From NCBI GenBank assembly GCA_964016885.1, contig OZ024743.1, positions 30,380,001 through 30,444,000 of the forward strand: a stretch of DNA of 64,000 bases, read 5' to 3'. Under the pieces are notes generated by a model, which had not been told where the DNA came from, ran no database searches, and was given only the letters and a program-made list of their open reading frames with translations. Source of the DNA: Eledone cirrhosa. Lineage: Eukaryota. Positions 39,354 through 52,216 of this stretch are shown here, in pieces. Position numbers and translations under genes: made by a program. Position 1 is the first letter of the stretch; the number at the start of each line of letters is the position of its first letter.

Positions 39354-41280
39354 ATGGCTAATTCACCTCTGCAACAAGCAGCTGAAAGCCTTCCTCACAA
39401 ATTAACACCTCACACCGACACCACCATTGTAAATGTTACTACGTTTGCCAACACAAAAAAAAATATAAGCAGTAGCAATATTTTAAATTTGTCTCAGGCA
39501 GACATTCATTTCCCGCCATTACCAATGACTGCAGGTGTTAAAGCCTCCACCACCACCACCACCGCGACAACAGAAACAAAAGTAGAAAAAAATAAATTAA
39601 CTCGTGATGTCGAAATGAAATCAAGCAAAATGGACTCTTCCGCACCAAAGACGACTGACGTCACCACCACCACACCTGAAACTAAAATTAATATTAACAC
39701 AAATAACGATAGCAACAACAACAACAATGACATTATAAAACCGACCCTCAGTTTCGCCATAGTAGCAAAACAGTTCGAAGCATTCACGGTAACTCAGGAG
39801 GATTTAGAAAATGCCAAACAAATGGTAAAGAAAGATGGGTACAGGGTCAGCCTCACCCCCCCCCCCCCACCTAATAAAATGGAGCATCGGCGCCTATGCA
39901 CCGTGTCGTATAGAACAATAAATGTAAAATCGCGCCGAGTGGAACGGGCATCCGAGTCCCAAATCCAAAAAGCTTTGGGACATGTGTGGGCAAGAAAAAA
40001 CCACATCAGACGTGGGCAAAAGTATGGAACCGTGGACGTGTTCTTTGAAACACCAGAGGAGGCTAGAGAACACTCCATGGCCCCATTAAAAAGTGACGAC
40101 TTCACACTCGTCCCAAGCTATTGTGGCCAGAGTCTCGTAAAGATCAGGGTGACCCACGTTCCACCGGCCATCGAAATTCCCTGGCTAATAGCGGCTGTCC
40201 TCGCCGGCATCGAAGCCAACACGAAAAGAATAGCAATAGCAAAAGAAAAGCAGGAAAACTGGTCCGGATCTGGGATGGAGCTCCTGATCCAAGCGGACCA
40301 AAAAAGCATTGAGGAGATCCCAGAGGTAATAGACCTCACTGACGGCAGCCACCTCACGGTAATTGTCGAGGGCAGAAGACCTATGTGTGTCGTTTGTGGT
40401 GAAGGAACCCACCTAAGGGCTTTCTGCCCTCAAGCTAAAAGGTTGAGGCCACCTCTCCACCCACCCCAGTGACACAACCATCAACGCCACCAGTAGCAGA
40501 GATGGCAGCAACAACTGTAGCAGCAACAACAGAAGCAACTATAAAAGCAACAACCCCAGCAACAGTAGCAAAACCAACACCACTACCACCACCAGCAAAA
40601 CCAACACCACCACCACCCAACGCTTCAGAACTAGCACCAGCGCCTACACCATCCACCACACAACAACCAAAACTAACGGCTGTGGAGGATTTTCCACTCC
40701 CCGGCCTATCACAACTGGAGACAGATTGTGACGACGAGGAGTGGGAAACGATATCCGGAAAAAAAAAAGAAACCAAAAAAGAAAACATTCTCTTCCTTCC
40801 CCCTCCAAAAACAAAATACAGAGGGAAACAAATAAATTAAGAAACAAAAAAGTTAGGACAGATATGCCACCATCCACAACAGCATCAACCCAAACACCAA
40901 CACCATCACCATCATTAACCCCAGCACCACCATCACCTACACCACAAAAGTCACCAAAATGCGAAACAGAAACAAACCCACAACAAACGCAAACAAAACA
41001 AAACAACCAAAACGATACACACTACACAGCATTAAATTTGAACAACAAGCAATTATTACACTACATCCAACACAACACCAACATCACAGAAAAAGACTAC
41101 ACAACAACCCCAAAATTCACACCACCTCCACACATACAAATCACTCGCATCACACAGAAAACGTACATGACACTAAAACAAAAATTCCCCAAAGACATCG
41201 GAGACTTCCGACAAGCACTCTCCAGGAGGATTTATAAGGACATCCTTCCTGAGGAGGCCACAAGCAGTGAAAAGGATTGA
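39354..41280 (+). pseudogene. Tx1-like ORF1 (gag-like, CCHC zinc knuckle, P/T-rich tail), frameshifted
   Basis: MANSPLQQ..; CVVCGEGTHLRAFC knuckle; continues in ORFs 40469-40840 and 40741-41280. Confidence 0.8.
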
Positions 41281-41347
41281 AAAACCGTCCTTCCCCTACG
41301 AGAAGTAAGGTAAGTGGTCTTTCCCATCTTTTCCACTCCTTTTCAAC

Positions 41348-42124
41348 ATGACCTCACTCAGAATAGGCAGCATAAATGAGCGTGGCTTGGGGTCGTCATG
41401 GAAGCAGGGCCATCTGCTCAACGACCTCAGGTCACTAAACATAGATGTAGTGGCCATCAGCGAGACCAGAATCTCCGAAGCACAGGCTTTCGCACCGATC
41501 TTCGGCGGCTACGATGTGTACACATCTCCCAGCCGTCCGGGATCGGGGGGAGGAGTTGCTGTGCTTTTTCGGAGAGGTTTGGATCTTGCCATACGGGCCA
41601 TCTTCCTGGACCCAGAAGGTAGGTTGGTGGTGCTGGACGTGACCAGCGGAGACGGGCAAGCTTTCAGGTTAGTGGCCGTCTATGCCCCGACAGGAGCAGG
41701 GCGGCCTGATTTCTTCCGGCGTCTGGAGACCTTTCTTGGAACGTCCCGCTCTTTAGTGTTAGTGGGCGACTGGAACGGGATCTTAGATGCACGCTGGGAT
41801 TGTGTGGGATTAGTGGATAGGGAAGGAGGGTGCAAGAGTCTCACCAACCTGCTCAGACGTTTTGAACTGTCTGACAGGTACCGAATGGATTTCCCGAATG
41901 TACCAATGTGGACTTGGACAAATCGCATAGGGTCATCCAGATCATATCTAGATAGAGTATTTTGTAGGGAAATAGATAGGTCTAGCATAGGCTGTCCACA
42001 ATTCAAGATAGTCAGCTACACGGACCACAAATTCGTGATCTGTGTGCTTGACTTAGATAGGCTTCATAGACGAGGACCCGGCTACTGGAAGCTAAACGCG
42101 TCCTTACCAGCGCGCAAGGCCTAG
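41348..42124 (+). pseudogene. Tx1-like ORF2 APE endonuclease domain, premature stop
   Basis: IGSINERGL, AISETR, GGVAVL, VYAP, GDWN, YLDRV, TDHK, GYWKLN. Confidence 0.9.
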
Positions 42125-42555
42125 AGAGACCGGATTAGCGAACTAGTTAAGCGGGCGTTGACGGGGGCCATCGTCAACAACAAGTGGTGGTTTGCTCTGA
42201 AAAGAGCAATTAGAATAGAGTCCATTAGGTTTAGTAAGACTTTAGCAATAGAGAAAAATAGAGCAGAGGGAGAATTAGTTGATGTTATTTCCTCCTTGGA
42301 CATCCCCTAGCCTATATAGATTAATATATATATATAACGAAGTAATTGTGGTAATGAACCAGATGGACCATAACACACCAGAGTACTCAATACTTAGGAT
42401 AGTAGAGTGGGTAATAGGGAAAATGTATGACCACGACGGCAGAGCTGAAGCCTTTTTCGACGGCTATTTGAATCTTGAAATAGCTGTCGAAACGGCTTGA
42501 GCTCTCCCGCGGGGTCATACTTTTTCATATATATATATATATATATATGTATATA

Positions 42556-43441
42556 CGAGGTGTGTAAGACAAGTTCCAGGACTGATGTCACAAAACATTT
42601 ATTTCAAATCCAAACTTAATACTAAGAGTTTTCTCCTTCAAAGTAATCCCCCTGGAGTATGTAACTGTAATCTTAGCTCACTGCAGCGATCAAACATTTT
42701 TCTTCATAATTTTATATACATGTCCTCAGTTTCAGGTCGTCATGCAATGAGCACAGAGCAACGAACAAGCATGAAAACTCCGTCAGTAGCACTTGGATTG
42801 CTGCAGCAAGTGTATGGAGATGAGGCGGTGTCATGCTCACGTGTTTTTGAGTGGTGCAAGAGGTTTAAAGAAGGGGCCGAGGACGTGGAATATGACCCCA
42901 GGAGTGGAAAACCCTCAACAACCATGACTGAGGTCAACGTTGAGCGCGTCAGACATGTGGTGCGTAGCGATCGTCGGCTGACTGTTCGGCTGATGGCAAA
43001 TGAGCTGGGTCAGCGTCTGGAGGTTCTCACTGAAGATTTGGGCATGCAGAAAGTATGCGCGAAGATGGTGCCAAAACTGATGAACGATGACCAGAAGGGT
43101 TGACGCATGCAAGTGTGCCAGGACATCCTCGAGAATTTTTAAACCGAATCAGACTTGCTAGGGACAGTCATCACCCGGGATGATTCATGGATCTTCGAGT
43201 ACCACCCGGAGGGGACCCGTTTTGAAGACGTGGACGACATCAAAAAGGCCATGACGATGGGACTGCGGAGGATCCCGGAATAATCCTTCCACCAGTGCAT
43301 GCAAGCGTGGCAGAAAAGGATGGAAAAGTGCATTAGAGTGCAGGGGGATTACTTTAAAGGAGAAAACTCTTATGTGTGAAGTTTGGGTTTAAAATAAATA
43401 TTTTATGACATCAGTCCTGGAACTTTTTCTGACCCACCTCG
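42556..43441 (+). mobile_element. mariner-type DNA transposon, internally deleted
   Basis: TIRs CGAGGTGTGTAAGACAAGTTCCAGGACTGATGTCA / TGACATCAGTCCTGGAACTTTTTCTGACCCACCTCG in TA context; VYGDEAVSCSRVFEWCKRFKEG..PRSGKP HTH; MVPK and ITRDDSWIFEY motifs. Confidence 0.92.
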
Positions 43442-46400
43442 TTTATATATATATATATATATATATATAACTTTGCTCACATTTATAACATACTGTACAT
43501 AGGTTTCGGCCAGTATTGGCCCAGGCCATGTCTAACTTAATAGCACCACCTGGTGAAGTCTTAAAATTCAGTGTTTGGGCGCCTTGGCCCACTCGAGCGC
43601 AGAGTTATTGTTTACGGAGGCATATCCGGGTGCAGGAGACTTATCCGGGATTTCTTGAAGGAGTTTATCCAAAGACTTCTTGAACTTGATGTGGTCTGTC
43701 TCTGCTTTGATGTGTTTTGATGTAATGTTAAAGAGTGCAGAGCCAATTGAGGTGAAATAATTGTGCCCTATTGTTGTTATGTGATGCGAGTGAGATTTTT
43801 GTCGTGGGCGGATAGCACGGGGCCCAAGCCTTGAGTGTAAACTAAAGGTGATGCCAACAACATTTGGGCAAAGCTGATGGAATATTTTCCACATCTTACA
43901 GATAATGTAGCGCTCACGGCGACGTTGGAGGGAATAAAGTTTGAGCTTTTCTAATCGACTCCAATAGTCAAGGCCTGTCATGCCATCTATCTTTGTTGTG
44001 GGGTGACCACAATTAAGATAGATGTGGGGTGACCTCTGTGGACAACAGTATTCAAGGTGGGGGGTCGAGCAAAAGTGGAGAAGAGAAGGATAACAGTGTG
44101 GATATCTCTCGATTGGATAGTTCTAAGAATCCTGGAACACATTATGCCGGTCATATCAACTTTGCTGTTTATATGAGTGGCCCAGCTTATGTTGTTGTCC
44201 ACAATTACTCCCAGGTCTCTGATGTTTTTGGATGCCACTAGAGTTTCACCTGAAGGAAGAGAGTATGGTAGTTTCAGGGCAACCTTTTTTCCAAAGTGGA
44301 TTAATTCAAATTTATCTTCATTCAACAGCATATTATTCATTTCTGCCCAGTAGGTCTGACTGAAGGCGAGTCCGGTCACCCACCTAATTGATGACCCTTT
44401 GGAGCTTGGAATCGTCTGTGAAGATTCTGATGTTGCTGTGCTTGATGATGTCAGTAGTGTCATTAATGTAGATGATGAAAAGAAGCAGGCCCAACACAGT
44501 GCCTTGTAGGACACCACTCCTGACTTTCGCATGGCTTGATGTTACTCCTTCCACTACATCATGCCGGGTTCTGCCTGTCAGGAAACATTTGATCCACTGT
44601 AGTAAACTTCCAGAGACACCAACATTGGATAGTGTTTTCAGTAGAAACTTATGATCAACCCTATCGAAGACCTTGCTGAAGTCAAGGTAGATGATATCAG
44701 TGTTGGAGCCCTCTCCCAAGGCTCTCAAAAAATCATCAAAGTGATGCAGGAGCTGCGTTAGGCAGTCCCTTCCATTACGGAACCCATGTTGGTTGGAGTT
44801 CAGCAGACCGTTGCTTTCAAGAAAGTGGGTTATTCGTGATCTCACCACCCTCTCAATACCTTGATAATATGAGAGGTGAGTGAGATCGGACGGTAGTTCA
44901 CTGCAAGGGACTTATTTGCCTTTTTGAAGACTGGGACAACGGACTGGGACAGAAGGTTTTCAGGGATATAGCCAGTGTCCAGTGAGTTCCTCCACAGATT
45001 AGCAAGTTGGTGTCGACACACCTTGAGGACACAAGCAGGGAACCTTTTGGGGCCTACTGCTGAATTGTGTTTAATTTCGTTTATTGCCGCTAAGACATCA
45101 GGGGCGCAAAACGTTATGTCTGATATAGTGTGTTGGGGATTAACATCACTGATACGGCCCAGATCGGCCATATCAGGATTACTGAAATCAGAGCAGTATT
45201 GTTTCTGCAGTATCTTGTCCATGGTTTTGGTATTGTCCTGAAGTGTGCCATTTTCATCAACTAGGGGGCCAACAGTGGAGACGGTGACCTTGTGATGTTT
45301 AGCAAATGAAAAGAACACCTTGGGGTTGAGTTTGATTTTCTCAATGGCCCACCTCTCTTCAGCTATTCTCTGGTTATTGATGATGGTCATCATGCATTGC
45401 TGGAGGTTATATTTTTTTGAATCAAGCAGGGTGATAGCCATTGAATGTGTGTGTTGCTGTTGGCAGTATTTTAGTCTGTCGATTTTTTTTTCTTTTTATT
45501 TTTCCGATAATTGTTTTTCGGTTTTGGGGGATACTTAACTTGGTTTTATTCACAGGTTTGGGTGGGGTGTGTTTTGTACATATATTTGTGACAGTGTCTA
45601 CAAAGATCTGCAAAGATATTTTGATGTTGGTGGAAGTGTGCGCGCGTGTTAAAGACCAGTCGACATATGATAGTTTTTTCATAATTGCATCCTAGTTGGC
45701 ATTGTAGAGATCCATGTTATCAAATGGGTGGGCTGGATAGAGGACCCTGGGATTGGTTTCGGCTGGTGGAATATCAGGCTACAAAGAACTATGTCTTGGT
45801 CTAAGCGAAGGGTTTTTTTCCACTGTAATATTAAGTATTGTGTTAGTGTGGTTACTAAACACTAGATGCAGAATGTTCTTCTGATGCCTTGTTGGTGCAA
45901 GGACAAGTTGGGACAAGAATAACTCATTCATGAAGTCAAGCAGTGACTCGACTGCTTCTTTGTTAGTGGTTGAGGTTGAGGTGCCTGGTTTCAAACTGCT
46001 TGTAGACCAATCGACACAGGGTAGATTGAAGTCTCCCATCAAAAGTATTTTGCTAGAATGGCACTGTTTAATAAAACATTTAATATTGTTGAGGCATTCT
46101 TTGAAGCAGATTATGGGTGTTGTGGTGGCCTATAGAGCCCAACTAATGTCAGGTCATTGGCTTTATTGTGCACAGTGACTGATTCACAGTATCCATTAGA
46201 GAATGTTGTGTTGCCCTCTGCCGTAAAGGAATCATGGAGAAAAATGGCAGTTCCAACCATCCTTCTGCCAACACGATCCGCACGGATGGTTGTGAAATTT
46301 ATCACTGTTACTTCGGCCTCCAAGTGTGAGTTGTCAAGGTGGGTCTCACTAAGAATGAAGAAGGGGATGTGAAATGGATGGTTACCAACCCAATCCTCAA

Positions 46401-46758
46401 TGTAATGGATCTTCCATTTCTGTGCATTGATGGATGGGCTGATACATTGTGTATTGTGTAAGAATCTTGGGGCTAGTGTGGTGGCTGCTTTTGACTGTTG
46501 CAGGGGGCTTGTTTTGTGATTGTGTGTTAGTGACAGCAAGGATGGTGTTGGGTGATGGCTAAAATGTTTTCTCTATCTCTTTTGTCAGGTTCATGGCTAA
46601 AAAAGATTTTTTTTTTTTTGTTCAGGAAGCAGTTGTTGATTGGATATGTGGTTACAACATTAGTTAGGGTTGCAGTTCCCTCTTTTGTTGTTGTTGTTGT
46701 ATTTGTTGTAATTGTGTCTTTGTGAAAAGACTGGAGCAGCGTTATTTTTGTTGTTGTT

Positions 46759-46947
46759 AAGAGCGGTGAATTGGCAGTATCGGTAGAGGGTTGGATGCCA
46801 TGCTTTCTAGCATAGTTACGTCCCTTTACAGTCTGAGTTCAAATCCCGCCGACGTTAACTTTGCCTTTCATCCTTACGAGGTCGATAAAATAAAGTACCA
46901 GTAATGTACTGGATAATTACCTGGCCTTGTGCCTAAAGTAGAAACAA
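46759..46947 (+). mobile_element. SINE inserted into the CR1-group LINE
   Basis: Family of 6014; TSD TTATTTTTGTTGTTGTT at 46742-46758 and 46948-46964. Confidence 0.9.
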
Positions 46948-47948
46948 TTATTTTTGTTGTTGTTTCGATCGTGCCTTTGTGAAAAGACTGGAGCAGCATT
47001 ACCGCAGCAGGGGTGGCGTTATTGTGGTTTGTGGGTTGGCATGGAGCCCCTTTACTGTTCGTATGTCGTGTCCCAGGAAGACGAGTGAAGGGACAGTCAG
47101 TCAGCAGACATAGCCTCTCACGTTGGGAATGTTGGCAGATTTGGGGACTGCGACTTATTCGTGCGGGCAGCGTGCTTTGGTGTTGACTGGCAGTGTTAGT
47201 GCGACTAGTACCTGGTAAATGGGTAAATATACTGTCGCTACGTGTGCATAGCCTCTGACGTAGTTAGTAGCGGCATATTTTGGGGTTTCTGTTTTTTTTA
47301 AAGTTCTTATGGTTGTGGTGGTGATGTGGGGGAAGAAAGCATTAGTGGTGATGATGATGATGACAACTGTGGTGGGAAAGAGAGCAGTGGTCCATTAGCA
47401 GTTAGTGTGGCAGAAGATGTCGATGTGGCAGAAGATGCTGACGGTGGTGATGGCGATAGTGATGACTGAAGTAATTCAGCTATTATGCTTGAATTTAGTA
47501 GCGGTTGCTCCTAGCTTTCTGGCTGTTGTTGTTGTTGTGGCTGTTGTTGTTGTTGTGGCTGTTGTTGTTGTTGTTGTTGTTGTTGTGACTGTTGTTGTTG
47601 TTGTTGTTGCTGTTGTTGTGTTTGCCCATTGGAGTAAATATGTCGAAGTTTTTCAAAATGGTTTTGAATTAGTTTGAAAGAGACTTCTACATGTTTTAGT
47701 TTGTTGAATATCTGCTTAGCAGACCTCGTGGCCAATGCTTTAGCTGTTTTTTCAGCAATTTCATTCAGACATGATGCGTTAATGTTTATTGTTTGGGACA
47801 GAGAAAACCATGTGTTTATTACGAGGTCAATTTCATTTTCAAACCAATTTCGTCCGTTGTAGGCTTGCTGGTCAGTAGTCATTTCTTTTTCTTTAAACTT
47901 GTGTGCGTTTTAAGATATTTGTTATTTGATACGTGAGTGAGACTTTGC

Positions 47949-48140
47949 TTATTTGAAGAAATTAAAGAATCATGTATATATATATATATTCACTCTTATG
48001 GATGTGAGTTTGATTGTTTGAAGATGTTAATAGTTTTTGGTTATTTCGTTGTTTGAAGATATCCAAGTAAAAACGAGTGTATATAATATTATTTGATAAA
48101 AAACGGGTGTATATAATATTATTTGAAGAATTAAAGAATC

Positions 48141-48202
<62 letters not shown>

Positions 48203-48540
48203 CCTCTTATGGATGTGAGTTTAGTTGTTTGAGGATGTTAATAGTTTTTGGTTATTTGGTTGTTTGAAGATATCCAAGAAAAAACGAGTGTATACAATAG
48301 TTTGTAGTTAAGAAGACTTGCTTGCGAGTTTGTAGAGAAAGCCCGTGTATTTGTATATACTTTTTTCCTTATGTGAGTGAGCCTTTGGTTATTTGAAGAT
48401 ATTAAATTGCGTATATATAGATATGTAATCTCTTTTATGGATGTGAGATTTGATTATTTGGTTGATCGAGGTTGTTAAAAGTTTTTGGTTATTTGGTTGT
48501 TTGAAGATATTAAGAGAAAAACGAGTGTATATAATAATCT
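47949..48540. repeat. Three imperfect ~170-270 bp tandem units in the presumptive LINE 5'UTR
   Basis: TTATTTGAAGA..(TA)n..CTTATGGATGTGAG..GTTTGAAGATAT..AAAACGAGTGTATA recurs at ~47949, ~48119 and ~48388. Confidence 0.75.
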
Positions 48541-50346
48541 GTAGATAAGAAAACGTACTTACGAGTTGGTAGGAAAAGCACGTGGTTACAAATATATATA
48601 CATATATATGCTCGGTCAAATAGGCTTTAAAGCTGTGAAGCTGGCTACTGACTTGGTAGAGAGCAATAGAAACACGTCTGTTCACCTCAACAGTCCATAC
48701 ATATATACGAATAAATTAACTGAAATGAAAGATACAAAAGCGAAACCAACCAAACAGTGGGTGTGTTCTGTTATTAATTCTGGCAATATTATTACAACAA
48801 TATGACCCTCCCCAAGTATAACAATATATATATATTTATGTATATATATATATAGATATCTACATAGATACATTTGTATTATATGTGTCTGTATGTGTGT
48901 GTGCGTGTGTATCTTTATATATATATATATGTGTGTGTATATGTGTGTGCATCTATATATATATATAAAGATACACTCACACACATACACACACTGATAT
49001 ACATATACTGACAAAAATTGGAGCGAGGTGTGTAAAATATTGTGATATAAAAAGATAAAATTTGGAGCGCGTGATGTAACATCATAACTGAAAAAAGGTG
49101 ATACGTTATATCATCTAAAATAACATAATATTAGAGGAGATCAGATTTAACGTATTATCAATAATTTCAGGCAAGGGGAAATTAAGCAACGTGAAATAGA
49201 ATGTCATTAATTACCACATCTTTGAAGTAACATTGATGTTATATTTTCTACGAAATGTATAATTTGAAAACGCATGGTGTAAATATAAAACTGCTACAAT
49301 GTAGGCAGACGACTGGGTGTAGTAACATCTATAGAAATATATCACCCTGAAAGACAAACACTTGTATTATATTATGTAAGTTAAAATTTATCATGGCAAG
49401 ATTGAATTCATCAAATAACATAACGTGTTGGGGATATGATATAGTCTTAAATAGGCAATCGTGCCGATATCGGTAGATACATAAATCCCTGAATGTTGAT
49501 ATGTAATGTCATCAAATATCATAGAATGTCAAGAAAGTTTAGATATATTAGATAAAAAGAAATATAACATACAGGTTACAATGTGTAAAATGCACCCGAA
49601 GTAGTATAACACTCATAAGCTGTATTACATCACGTAACATTTATAAATACAAATTTTGGTTTCGATTATTGAGGTTTATACAGTCATGAAAGATTGAATA
49701 TGCAGGAAATTGAACTGGAAAAATGTACGATGTAATATGGAGTACAATAAAATACCTAAAGAGGGAAATATAATGTGCGAAATAATTTTAGATTAACAAA
49801 GATATATATAATGAACAGAACTGGTCATAAAAGCTTGTGAGAATCCCCAAATTAAACTAAAAGCCCTCAAAATCTCCATCCGTATGACATTAAAGGAGGG
49901 CATTGATGGGGTATTCAGCAAGAAGGCTTGTGCTGCAGTCAGAAAAAGAGGGGCAACTATTGATGACTAACAAGTGGGATTTCGGCCAGGATTGTATCTT
50001 TGTCTCTTTGGATACAATTTTAAGCTTCAATTCCAACTTTATTCCAATTATTTATGAGCGCCCAATACTATGCTATGGTTAATTATTTATGGAAATGTCA
50101 TTTTCGTCCATGATGAACTTCATCACAAATTCTTCTGGTTAGCTTGGAGGGTAATCACTATATTTTCTTGCGCAAAGAAGAGGCCAATAGTGTTAGAAAA
50201 TTCCCTGACAATTCTATTAAGTTATATTTAAGCATTCCTGAGATACAGAGGTTCACAGTTGAATCTAAAGTTTAGTCAATTTTGTTGGTACACTCTGTAT
50301 AGAAAAACAAATAGTCAGGAATAAATTGATAAGCGTTGTATATATG

Positions 50347-50414
<68 letters not shown>

Positions 50415-50421
50415 AACACAC

Positions 50422-50518
<97 letters not shown>

Positions 50519-50919
50519 AAAAAGTATGACTCCGACGGCAGAACTGAAGCCGTTTCAACGCTAAATATTGAGTACTCTGGTGCGTTATGGTCCATCTGGT
50601 TCCTTACCACAATTCCGTTGTTATATATATATATATGAATGGAATAGAATGAAACGAAATTTCATTTCGCACTCTTAGTACGGCACTTACTTAAATGTAA
50701 GTATGTATGTATGTATACGTACATACATATATGTATAAAGACGTACAGTAGTATGTATATATATACATACATGCACACTCATATATATATGCACGTATCG
50801 GTTTACCGAAAATTTATTATAATGTTCGGTTTGTCCGTTTGTAAACAAACAAACAGCCCGAATTACGCCGTACAGTGTTTAGGCAACCAAGTGACCTTTT
50901 TGTTCAACACCTACACAGG

Positions 50920-50964
50920 AACGATGTACTAGTTTCAAGCTTTTTAGCTATCGTCAGCATCGTT
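50920..50964 (-). ncRNA. Minimal type I hammerhead ribozyme
   Basis: Minus AACGATG-CTGACGA-t agct aaaa agct t-GAAA-CTAG-TA-CATCGTT. Confidence 0.88.
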
Positions 50965-51725
50965 TACCTTCCTGCCAGATGGTTGAACGTCTGAAAGTAT
51001 ATACTTTCCTTATGCATATTAACGGCTGAGCAGCCTAATTTGCATATCGAGTGAGTTTAGTCGGCCGGGCACACCGAAAACGATAAATGGAATAGGATGA
51101 AACGAAATTTCAATTCTCACACTTAATATGGCACTTACTTAAATGTAAGTATGTATGTATGTATACGTTCATACATATATGTATACATACGTACAGTAGT
51201 ATACATAGTATATGTATACGGACGTACAGTATATATATACATACATGCACACATATATATTTGCACGTATCGGTTTACCGAACATTTATTATAGTGCTCG
51301 GTATGTTTGTTTGTACACGTAATTCGGGCTGTTTATAATGCCCGGGCTTATAATTCTCGGTTTGTTTGTTTCTAAGCGTAATTCGGGCTGTTTGTTTGTT
51401 TACAAACAAACAAACCGAGCTTTATAATAAATTTTCGGTAAACCGATACGTGCATATATATATGTGTGCATGTATCTATATACATACATACTACTGTACG
51501 TCTGTATACATATATGTATGTACGTATACATACATGCATACTTACATTTAAGTAAGTGCCGTACTAAGAGTGAGAAATGAAATTTCGTTTCATTCTATTC
51601 CATTTTTCGTTTTCGGTGTGCCCGGCCGACTGAACTCACTCGATATGCAAAATAGGCTGCTCACCCGTTAATATGCATAGGGAAAGTATATACTTTAAGA
51701 CGTTCAACCATCTGGCAGGAAGGTA

Positions 51726-51770
51726 AACGATGCTGACGATAGCTAATAAGCTTGAAACTAGTACATCGTT
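51726..51770 (+). ncRNA. Minimal type I hammerhead ribozyme
   Basis: AACGATG-CTGACGA-t agct aata agct t-GAAA-CTAG-TA-CATCGTT; 7-bp stem I; GUA cleavage predicted after 51763. Confidence 0.92.
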
Positions 51771-52171
51771 CCTGTGTCAGTGTTGAACAAAAAGGTCACG
51801 TGGTTGCCTAAACACTGTACGGCGTAATTCGGGCTGTTTGTTTGTTTACAAACAAACAAACCAAGCATTATAATAAATTTTCGGTAAACTGATACGTGCA
51901 TATATATGTGTGTGCATGTATCTATATACATACATACTACTGTACGTCTGTATACATATATGTATGTACGTATACATACATGCATACTTACATTTAAGTA
52001 AGTGCCGTACTAAGAGTGAGAAATGAAATTTCGTTTCATTCTATTCCATTTTTCGTTTTCGGTGTTCCCGGCCGACTGAACTCACTCGATATGCAAAATA
52101 GGCTGCTCATCCGTTAATATGCATAGGGAAAGTATATACTTTAAGACGTTCAACCATCTGGCAGGAAGGTA

Positions 52172-52216
52172 AACGATGCTGACGATAGCTAATAAGCTTG
52201 AAACTAGTACATCGTT
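52172..52216 (+). ncRNA. Minimal type I hammerhead ribozyme
   Basis: Identical to 51726-51770; cleavage predicted after 52209. Confidence 0.92.

Larger units (their letters stand above)
39148..42280 (+). mobile_element. L1/Tx1-clade LINE, intact 5' end, 3' portion lost
   Basis: Same 5' end GGCGACCTACGTAGTAAATCG as 31704; ORF1 and the APE domain are present. Confidence 0.92.
43470..48680 (-). mobile_element. CR1-group LINE, near full length, decayed
   Basis: APE (LSETHL, GLYRPP, MGDFNLP), RT (NYRPISLTS, QHGFR, YLDFSKVFDRV, QGTVLG, FTDD), LYSLQRRRERY C-terminus; upstream ORF1 remnants 46550-47882 with poly-Q and a Cys-rich motif. Confidence 0.85.

Noticed and set aside
49820-49970. Possible Tc1/mariner C-terminal relic (KACENPQIKLKALKISI..KKACAAVRK)
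   Set aside because: Too short and decayed, no TIRs found; not called
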